Below are positions 16,989 through 28,222 of a stretch of DNA of 64,000 bases, one piece after another. Made by a program: the position numbers and the translations under genes. The DNA is taken from NCBI GenBank assembly GCA_051362555.1, contig CM120640.1, positions 64,582,788-64,646,787 of the forward strand. The letters run 5' to 3'. Positions within the stretch are counted from its first letter, which is position 1, and every line of letters starts with the position of its first letter. Source of the DNA: Lingula anatina. Taxonomy: Eukaryota > Animalia > Brachiopoda. Below the pieces are notes generated by a model. It ran no database searches. It had not been told where the DNA came from and worked only from the letters and a program-made list of their open reading frames with translations.

Positions 16989-19900
16989 AGACATTTATGA
17001 TGCAAATTCTGACAAAGAATTGTATCGTACGAAAATTATGTTGTTTAGGATGTGGATTCCAAACCTCCATGCAGTGAATTATTTATGACTGACTAATCTT
17101 TCTGCTGTCATATTATTGAATGTTATTAATATGCCAATGATTATTTATTGCAAAATGAAGTGTAGATTATTAGAATAGTGCATTATTAAATTGTATATAT
17201 ATGTATAATATCAAGCTGATCCTTTTAATGAAATGGAATTGTATTAAAGCAGAATATTCCTTTCCATATTTTTTCACAGTGTGCATAGTTATAGGTCAAA
17301 TTGCAAAAAGTGATTAAAACTAGATACAACTCAATTCCTGCAGTAAGCATTGACTGACCATGTGTATAATTGATCTGTCATAAGTATGATTTATTGGGTA
17401 TGGTGAACGAGGCTGACTTTTTAAATGTATTTACTAATAATTTTGGTCAGTATGATGATTTTTCATTGTGCTAGGCAAGTTTCCCACAGTCTTTATAATA
17501 ATGCTGTTCTTTGACTTAATTGATATAATTTTATACTTGTTATAACATGTCTTGATTTTATTTCCTTTTCAGATGTGGGCTTCAAAATTGGAGGAAGCTC
17601 TAATGTCAGACACATAGTGCTACAGATACATTATAAAAACCCAACAAAAGGTAAGTCCTAAATTGTCCTTTTAATTCCCAATTCCCAAGCCTGAAAAAGA
17701 TATACAATCAAGTGATATGAATTATTGAGGATGTAAATTATAGTTTTTTGCAAAGTAAGGTACTGTTACAAAATATATATGATTATATAATTGATAAGAA
17801 ATTCAATTTGTTAAACGGTATGGTGCACCATTAACTGCAAGGTATTTGGTGTCTGTTCCTCCCTATTATAATGTCTAAGCGTCAGGTGTGTGCAGTGTAG
17901 CATATAATTATGTGGTTAGAGAATTCAGTGTTATGAAACCTGTTTTGGCTCAGTCTAGGTTTTTATTCCACAAGTGGTATCTTCTCATGGGATGTTCCAG
18001 ATAAGAAGTCCTCAAAGGCACACAGCTCGTCATCCTCTATTCCAGGCATCTTCTTATCAGTTCAACACTGTTTTTTTTTTTTTTTTCACTTCAGGTAGCT
18101 CAGTGTTTGAACAACACCAGGCTTTTACTGAAAACAATGAAACATTGAAAAATAAAATTAATGTTTTCCCTTTTCATTAGCAAAGGCCATAATTCTTAGA
18201 CAGTTGAAAATATTTTATCATGCTCACATTATCACATGACACCCTATTTACCTTGACATTCAAAATCAAATTGTATTTGCTCCAGTTTATGAACAAAGAC
18301 AGGAAATTGGTGAAAGAGGATTAATAACCAGTGGAAAGGAAAACATACACATGCTTCCTGTCCATAGATTCTGTGCTTTATTTTTGATACAGAAAAAAGT
18401 GGATAAAGAAACAATATCGATTTTGCCAAGCACTTAGCTGGCCTCCGATTTGTGTCATTAAGCTCCTCAGTGAACCTTATTGCCTGAAATAAAAACACTT
18501 AAAATAGAGTGCCATTGGTTACCAATTGTACTTGTGATTTGCATTTCTATTTCAATGACTTTGTCTTTAAACACACAGTAATGGAGAGTCTGCTTGCTGT
18601 GATGATCAGTAAGATATGCAGACAGAAACAACCAAACACCAAGGCCACAGTGCTTTGCAGTGTCATCTAACCTGAGGCATATTTACGGATATATTAATGT
18701 GCTTCAACAAGCAATTATTTCAGTACAGTATGGAATTTGCTGTAATGTTCACTTATATGTTTTCGTTTAACTCATTCCTAATGTGCTTTATTTTGCATTA
18801 TCATGATCAAAAATAAGGTGGAATGTCTAGAAACAATGACTAGATTATATCCTAGACTTTCATTTCAAAAGTTGTTTTACAAAGATAGTATTATTGTATG
18901 ATTTCATAATGCAATGGTGACTTTTGCTAAAGCTCCTCAGTCTCCCTGATATAAACTGTAATAGTCTTGTATTTTCCCATCTTTTTCCTCTTACGTCAAA
19001 CCTTGTTACCATGGTAACATTCCTGAAGGCTTATTGTCCGCACAGCATGTCTGTGATGCTTCAATAATGTAGCACTCTGTTACTGTGTGGTCATAGGAAC
19101 AGTGACCTCATATTATATTATGTGAAATATCCAAATCTACTATGTTCACTGTGGTCAGATCAAATATTTTTATTTGAAACTGTGACAAATTGTAAAACTA
19201 TAATTGTGTGTCTTATCACACATGCCAGTTTGAATAATGTTAGTCATCCATAAAACATTTTTTCTGGGAGAGAAATTTCTTTGATTATTTTTTTATTTAT
19301 ACTCTGAACTTGAAAATCTGACCATCTTTCAGAAGACCTTCAAGTGTATAAATTTAACCATTGGATAGTGCTAAAAGACGTTTATGAAACCCGGTTAAAC
19401 GTCGTTTAAACTTCAGTAAAACTTGTTGGCATTTTAAACTGGACCAGTATCCAATAATGGTTGTTGAAAAAGACCAATTGATATGGAAGAAACAACTTGC
19501 CTTTGTGTTGAAAAAAACTTTTGCTGCAATGTGTTCAAGGATCCTGCTGCTACTAGAATCCCCAAAAAAATAAAAATGCTCTTATGATAAAATTTAATGC
19601 ATACTTATATTTATACTTATATTTCATATTTGATTTGTATTAGAATCTGTTTCCTCTTCAAGTTTCCATAGTTACACTTTACAGCAGTTATAATATTTTC
19701 TTGACTTGGTTAAATGACACATGCATACTATTTAAAAGATTCTGAAACTTTCTTATTTCAGAACCTGATACTTCAGGGGTGCGGCTGCATTATACTCCTG
19801 AAAGGTAAGTGATTGGTTTATTTACTGATTGAAATTGGTATGGCTAATGTCGCAAACCGTGCACAGAAGTGGTTTGTTTTGATGATTCCCCCTACAGAGG

Positions 19901-22900
19901 CTGTGACAACAGATAGTTAAGAACCTATAGTGAAACATATTACCTTCTTTTTGCTAGGTTACTACTATACTGTTCATATGTATATATCCTGGTATGTTCT
20001 TAATTATGATTACAGTGTAAGTTATCTTGGGTCAGTGGCAGTTCTGAACAAACATCAGTACTTAGAATAAAATACGCTCTGCTGGCAAACAAAGTAACAT
20101 TGATTTTTTAAAGTAATTGTCAATAGTCAGTTCGTTTCTTATTTCATACTAGGTCTGTATGTTGATTTCAGTATTGCATGAAGTAAATTGGAAAAAAAAA
20201 CAGCAAATTACTTGAGATTGTATTTAAATGAATTCATTTACTTTAATGGCTTATTTTTTCAGGCAGAAGAATATTGCAGGGATTGCATTGTTACTTTCAA
20301 CTCAAATTAGCATCCCTCCTCATAAACCTGGTAAATTATTTTCTCAAACATTTCATTGTTACCATAAAGCAAGACATATATTATTTGGGAATCGGTATTT
20401 GTTCGTTACAAACAATGTGATTCCACAGCCAATGTAAACCTGTATGGAATCTCTATTAGATAAAATGAAACCCAAAACACAACATGGGGCAGATCTGATA
20501 AAAGTAATCTGTGGAGTCATTTGGAGACCTTGCTGCATCTGCCCCTAGTGCAACTCACCATGGTTTTCTATTAAATAAGCAAATAATTAGAAGACCTTCC
20601 ATGCAACTCACACTGTGGTCACTTAGACATATTTCATGTTCAAGTCAAATTATTATCTTGACCATTTAGATATATTAGATTTCTTTAGAGTTAAGCATCT
20701 TTAAGTAATTTGTGAAAAATAGATCATTAATAGCTGTTCATGAAGTATCATTATACTCATTTTTATCTGAAATATTATATTTTAATATTAAAGCAAAGCA
20801 TGTTTGTAACTCGTGTATATTATTAAAAAATATCTATTTTTTTTACTTCATTAGACTTGCTTGTTATTTTTTATTTTTCAGAGACAATTTCTGACATATC
20901 TTGTCAGTTCAAGAGCAGCACCCCTATTTATCCATTTGGGTTCCGTACACATGCACATTCCTTAGGTAAGAAGATGAAAAGAGCAAACTACTAGGAAACA
21001 AACAGGATATAAAGCTGTACATAATTGATGAGACAGCTGCCATTTAATAAGAGATTGGACTTGTAAACCTGGAATTGCACCTGATTTATTATTTGTACCT
21101 TTTTAGCGTTCAGAGTTTTCAGCTGTCTATGATTTTCAGGTGTTTTGTGTCATGTAATTTCTAAATAAATTTTTCATTAACAAGTGTATAATATGATTGT
21201 GGTTTTATAATCATTTCTAATAAGAAAATACCAGTATTTTGTGAAGTGTAGCAAGTGCAAAGTCTCTAATCACCAAGCTTTTAGAGGTATATTCTATTTT
21301 TTTTTCTTTTACACCGATGTTCCTCGTATATTTTAGGCAAGGTGATCACAGGTTACCAGTTTAATGGCACCTATCATTTGATTGGCAAGGGAAACCCACA
21401 GTGGCCACAGGTAACAACCGTCTCTGAAGACTTTTAAATGCCAACCTTAATTGTCCCCTCTTAAAGAAAACTTTTTTACTTGAATGTGTTTATTTTTATA
21501 CCTAAATGTTTTACTTGTAGATGTATCCAAGCCCAAGATCTGATGTTTAAATTGCTGAAAGCTGCTGCTTTTACTTTGTATTGTCTTTTTCAGGCCTTTT
21601 ATCCAGTTAAGGACAAAATAAAGATCAGCAATAATGACATCTTGGTAAGTATATGCCAAGTAAACCATAGCATTATAGTCTCATTTTACAAGGATGCTTG
21701 GCCTGTGATTTTAATTGTATTCTTATTAAATTTTATTTATGTTCTAGATCACTGACTCTTATTTAGACCTCATTGTCACATGCATAAATTATATTCTTCA
21801 GCTCGGACGATGTGTATTTGATTCTACTCACAAGGATACCTACACAAGTATAGGGTAAGTATGCCAAATATATATTTGAATATTACTCATGTTGTTTTTA
21901 TTGTGATAAAAATAAAAAAAAAATCTTGCATCTTGTCAGGAAAGGTCGTGGAGTGCTGCAATACTATAATACATCAAGGTACATAAAAGTGTGTCAAACC
22001 AAGGTGCAATATTAAAAAGAAACATTTATTTTTTCTGATGTTTACCAGGAAAAAGTCATGAATATGCAGAAAATGCAATGGGCTCATTATACACTTAATG
22101 TGTAAGTTTTCCATTTTCAGACCTACACACAACGATGAAATGTGCAACTTTTATATGATGTACTACACTGACGCCAATGGTGGACAGCCCTTCTACGAGT
22201 GCTTTGGCAACTGGAGGCCTGACATGTTTAAAAATGGAGGATTTCCAAGTCAAGAGTCCCTTACAGCCCTCCCCCCAAATCCAGCTCTGGAAGAAGAAGC
22301 TGAGCATGGCCATTCTAGGGTAGACTCCAAAACTGATGATAAATTAGATGAAGAAAAACTTACTCCAGGTAACAAAGAATTCTTGGAAGAACTTTTTGGT
22401 TTAGAACCCTATGAATCTGACAGGCTAGTAGCACAGAAAAAATCGGGTTACTACGGTAATGAAGAATATGGTGGTGGTAGTAGATACAGTAGATATGGTT
22501 ATTCTGATACAGCAGGGGGCCAAGTTGATCCTAGCGATAAGAGAGGTGGTTATTTTGAGTATCTTGATCCACATGGTGACAGTGACAAAGATGAAGATTA
22601 CTACTTGGGGATTGAAAACCAGAGAGGTCGAGGTCGTTATCATGCCCAGTCAAACCTAAAGCCCTACCAGGAACCTTGGTCTGATGAGAATGCTGTGGAG
22701 GACCCCGAGGAGCGAACACTCCAGATTCCCCAAGCTTATTCCCACCACACAACTAATGCCCTGAACAAAGTTATCCCCCCTCCCACTAACGACCAGCCTG
22801 CTGCAACTAAAAGCATGCTCAAATCTCCAGAGAAAGCAGACATTCCTGCTGGCCAGGAATTCATTGCCAAAATTCCTGAGAGGATCCAAGAAAAGCAGCA

Positions 22901-25900
22901 CCCTGCACACAAGGCTGATATTAGTAAAGAGTTTACAGGTCTGCCTGAAGTTTCCAGTAAGTCTGTAGCATCCTCACTGTGCATATTCATTTTGTTTGCA
23001 TGTTTGTCCATATTGTGGAGTAGAAAACAGAAATTCCACCAGTATATATGTTCTGATGGTAGTGTTACATTTTTCTTTTGAGTAGGAAGGAAAGCTTTTT
23101 AATAAAAAACATGGAAATAGATTGTGGAATATAAATTGACTGATTTTCAGCTTATCCATATTGAAATTGTTTTTTTTTATGAGACAGTTTGTTTGGGCAC
23201 ATTTGTAACTAAGTCTTGTACAGTCTTAGTAACACTATCTCATGAATTTTAAAATCACCCTTTTAATGAGCCAGTCATTGCTTGGCAGATACATTTGCCA
23301 AGTGTCAGTGCCTAAACCAACACAAGTGTCTCTTTTCAAAGGAAAAATCAATGGCACATTAATGAATGCTACATGCGTCAGTAGCTTATTATCTGTTCAT
23401 ATGTTGCTGCCTCCCACGTTAGTATTGATTTCCACAGTAATGAGAGGGGAGATTCCACTGTTAGAATACCATTGAGACTTGAGATTGCAGGCACCCTCCT
23501 CAGCAGTGACATGGTGCTAATTGTTTCATATTAAGTCGTGTTTACAGTCCAGTTGCGATGGCTTAACTTCATACTTCAGGAGACTGATTATAATTTCTAA
23601 CCACGACACACAACTTGACTCGAAGGACAGCAGGAATTTCATTAGCCCTCTGGTGTTTGAAAATTTAGTCCTTAAAGTATTCAACAGTGTGTTATTACCT
23701 TTTGCCTGACCATGCTTCGTAATCTTTCAATTATTATTCTGCTAGATAAAGATTGTTGTTGTTCCTAGTTTCATTTTTTTGTGTAGATATCGATTTTTAT
23801 TGTCATCCAAAGCACTTATTTTAATGTTGTTATTTTGTTGCAATCCTAACAGTTTGTAAAGCAGTATGTTCATTGCTTTCAAAGTATTATTGTGACTGCG
23901 TTGGTGTTTGTGTTAGAGCTAAAAGTGGTTGTTTTCCCTATAACACAGATATATTGTATAGTGTTTGATTAAGAATAAAAACCCAATCAAACTGCTCATT
24001 AGCATGCTTTAAAGATATGAGACAAGATGTATTTTTGCTTTGTTCATTCATTGGTTCATTGTGCACCAAATATTGACAGTCTTTCCACTGTAAAATTACA
24101 CTTGTTATTGGATACAGAATTGATAATGGTTCAAAGGGAGTGTTGTTTTGGCATGACAAATTAAATTTGATGTTATCATTATATTTTTGTAATTCATATT
24201 CCCTTTGGATATCTGTTTTTTTAAGAGGCTTTGCATTTGTTTGCAAATGTATAGTAAGCTGCAGAAGTCTTAAGTACATTTTGAACAAAGACATTTGCTT
24301 ATGATAGATTTAATAAAATCAACACATATTGATGTATTATCAAATATATTTTTGTGTCAGTTACAAGATTTTTTCTAAGTAAGAAAGGATGCATAGATCC
24401 AATTAAGTATGTGAAGGTAATATATTCCTTGTAAGTCTTTTGTATAGACAAAATTAATTTTATTTTTGAATATCATTATGAAGTAATAAGTCATTATTGC
24501 TACTCTTGATTTCTGATATTTTATTTCCTTATAGCCCTAGAAGCAGTTAAGAACTGGCCAGACCTTGGGAACGTGAAGCTGGGTCAAGTGGCAGGCGTGG
24601 CTACTGATTCTAAAGGAAATGTGCACATCTTTCACAGGGCAGACAGAGTTTGGGACTACAGGTAAGTTTGGCAATCTTCTTGCCTCTTGGTGGCACCAGA
24701 AATTACAAAGACAGTTGTATCTGTTGGTTTATCTCATATCTGTAACTTTATCTCACCTGTCATTAAGGCTTTGTTAAAATCTTAACTTTAAGGGAAATAT
24801 TTCTGATTCATATAGTTTTTAGATGTAGTTAACATAGGCTAAAGAGATATTTTTTCTAAAATTTTTAAAGATGGTTCCAATAAAATCATATCAGTTTGAC
24901 CACAGATAAATTTCCCTGAAAAGGTAGTAATTTGGAGATTAACATAAATTACTATCCAGCTTCTGTTAAAATAAATTTTACTATTTGCCATTCCAGCACC
25001 TTTGATCCAGTGAATAATCAGTATCTCCAGAGGAATAGAGGGCCAATTACACAGGACACGATCCTTTCTTTCGATCCCAATGGAAAGTTGATCAAACAGT
25101 GGGGTAAAAATCTGTAAGTGACTTCACTGATTCTCTGTATTTTTATGTACAGACACAGATGTGTCTGTACATATAGCCATCATCTGCGTCTGTCGTCGCC
25201 GTGCACTTTTACCGATAACACGATAAGTGGAAAACCATTTTACCTTTTGACTTGAAACTTGCAGAACTGATGAATATTCATAATACGCAGGTCAAGTTCG
25301 AAAATCAGCATGATCGGGTCACTTTTAGGGAATTTATGCTGTTTTTTCACTTTTTTCAGCATATATACAGCACCGATAACACGATAAGTGGAAAACCATT
25401 TTACCTTTTGACTTGAAACTTACAGAACTGATGAATATTCATAATACGCAGGTCAAGTTCGAAAATCAGCATGATCGGGCCACTTTTAGGGAATTTATGC
25501 TGTTTTTTCACTTTTTTCAGCATATATGCAGCACCGATAACACGATAAGTGGAAAACCATTTTACCTTTTGACTTGAAACTTACAGAACTGATGAATATT
25601 CATAATACGCAGGTCAACTTCGAAAATCAGCATGATCGGGCCACTTTTAGGGAATTTATGCTGTTTTTTCACTTTTTTCAGCATATTTGCAGCACCGATA
25701 ACACGATAAGTGGAAAACCATTTTACCTTTTGACTTGAAACTTACAGAACTGATGAATATTCATAATACGCAGGTCAAGTTCGAAAATCAGCATGATTGG
25801 GCCATTTTTAGGGAATTTATGCTGTTTTTTCACTATTTTCAATATAGATACAACACTGATAACACAATATAAGAAAAACGGATTGGCCAATTGTAATTAT

Positions 25901-26677
25901 ACTCACAGGAGTGGTCAATCTTACTAAAACACAGGTTGAGTTCGAAAATCAGCATAATCGGGCCATTATTTTAGAAGTTATACTGTTTTTCACATTTCCT
26001 CAGCTTCAATTATTAGGCATGTTAGCAGTCTCATTATTTAACTAATAAGATGCCTAAAAGTGTTTGTTTGATATTTCCTGCATCTTTACAACATTGTTAG
26101 TTGATTATGTAAAAAACATGGTAAACTTGTTATCATGTATTGTGTAATAAAGTGTCAAAAATGGAAATAAACTCATATCATTGCAGTTTGTCAGATTCAA
26201 TCATCCACTATGTTCAGAATCTCAGAATGGAGGAAATTGGACATTTAACACTGTTCTATTGATACTTTTCCCATCTCATCAATTTTCTTAGTTGGACATA
26301 TAAAAATGGCAGTAAAATGTTTATTTTGTTTTATGTTAAAAAAGTGTTAAAAATGGAAATAAACCCATTTCAGAACAGTGCTGTCTTGTTTACATTTTGG
26401 CATTATCAAGGCGTGACTTTGAAGTTCCATGGGCCTGAAGACCTTTGCTAGTCACAATTTCTGAATATCTGTGATACAAATATTTTATAATTAAAAATTG
26501 ATGGTCATTAAGCTGTTAAACTTATGTAATATTGCATCAAAATTTGAAGAAACCCCCATTTTGGGCACTGCCTCCATGATGACCATTTAAGGAAAATCAT
26601 GTCACTTACTGTTCTCAAACTTACAGGATAGAAACATGGGACTAAAATACAGCTTCAGTAGGCAATGCAGTCTGTTT

Positions 26678-26713
<36 letters not shown>

Positions 26714-28184
26714 GCAGTTAAACAGTTTTTTGTGAAAATTTAATTTTTCACATATTGGCATTTTCAAGGTGTGACTTTAAAGTTCCATGATCTTGAAGAC
26801 TTTTGCTTGTCACATTTTCTGAATGTCCATGTTACTAATATTTTATTAATAACATTTGATTGTCATTATGCTGTTAAACATTATGTAATGTTGCATCAAA
26901 ATTTGAAGAAACCCCTATTTTGGGCACTGCTCCTATGATGACCATTTAAGGGAAATCATGTCACTTACTGTTCTCAAACTTACAGGAAAGAAACATGGGT
27001 CTAACATACAGCTTCAATAGGCAACGCAGTCTGTTTGGTAAATTTTTCTGGCAATTTAACAGTTTTTTGTGAAAATTTAATTTTTCACTTATTTGCATCT
27101 TTATTTTCTGTTCTTTGTCTGTACATTTGACAGCTTTGCTGCCTTGTTTCTAAAAAGTTTGGTTTTTTGTTAAAATCTCTTAAGAGATTTTAACAGAGTA
27201 TAGCCATCAATGGAGGTCACGTGGTCTAAAGACAAGCTTAGATATCAGAATAATAGCTATAACTGCCATTATTGTGGTAAAACAGAATATATTATATTTC
27301 TATAAGTCATTCACAATGTTTTAATTGTGAAATAAAGATCTCATACGGAGAGTTACAAATATGCACAGAAGGCTGAGACGTGCAGCAGCCTGTCAATGAT
27401 TTCTAAGTCAAACAGCCTCAGGAGATCTGCCTCAGAAAAAAGGAAACATTAAAAGAAAAAGAAAAAGAATTGGAAAGCAAAATAATTCAGATGAAAAATA
27501 TATAAAAAAACAAATGAATACACAGGGTGGTACGGACTATATGAATTACGTGAAATATTGACAAAGAATAGTGTGTATCAATAAAATGTTTCAAGATGTG
27601 AATTGTTTTGTTTGAATGTTATTTAACAATATGAAATACCACAATTTTACTTAATGTATTGTTTCATGAAAATTGAATATATAACTAACAGTTTCAGTGT
27701 AAATTAGTCCTTGAATTTTGAATATATGACCCTGGAAAGTCCTTGAAAAGTCCTTGAATTTCATTTCAAATCATCTGTATGAACCCTGTTAAAATATTAT
27801 TTCTGGTTTTGTTTTAGGCTAACACCAAAGAAATGGAAATTTTGCTTTAAAGAGTCCATAGTACCAAAACTTTTATGATATTCTTTAGATTCACGATGGT
27901 AAAACTAACAATGTCATTCTTGTATTTTTAAGGTTCTACCTCCCCCATGGCCTTTCCATTGATGACCAGGACAATATTTGGGTCACTGACGTAGCCATGC
28001 ATCAGGTACCAAGATATGATCAAACATTGTGTATACGGACAGTATTTAAGCTGCTCTAAATGACCTAAACTTCAGAGCAACTAGTTTGGTTCCCTGTTTA
28101 TATGAGATGGCTAAATTATTTAGCTGTTCCTACTACCTCAAATTTCATGATTTCTTGTTTGATTTCACACAAACAGGCACGCAT

Positions 28185-28222
<38 letters not shown>

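Larger units (their letters stand above)
25140..27149 (+). mobile_element. Non-autonomous Helentron-type element (HINE / DINE-1 / pearl-like) with internal tandem arrays
   Basis: 5' T-run and hairpin tatgtacagacac-agat-gtgtctgtacata (25144-25173), short gtctgtcgtcgccgt microsatellite, central tandem repeats, then a 3' subterminal inverted copy gtctgtacattt, small hairpin gacagc-ttt-gctgcc and T-rich end. Inverted relative at 60550-64000. Confidence 0.82.

Noticed and set aside
22425-23011. Several short ORFs overlapping the large PAM exon
   Set aside because: Shadow frames of the real PAM exon.
25211-26000. Regular repeat array resembling CRISPR
   Set aside because: Whole 161-bp units repeat with no unique spacers, there are no cas genes, and it lies in a eukaryotic intron inside a HINE.
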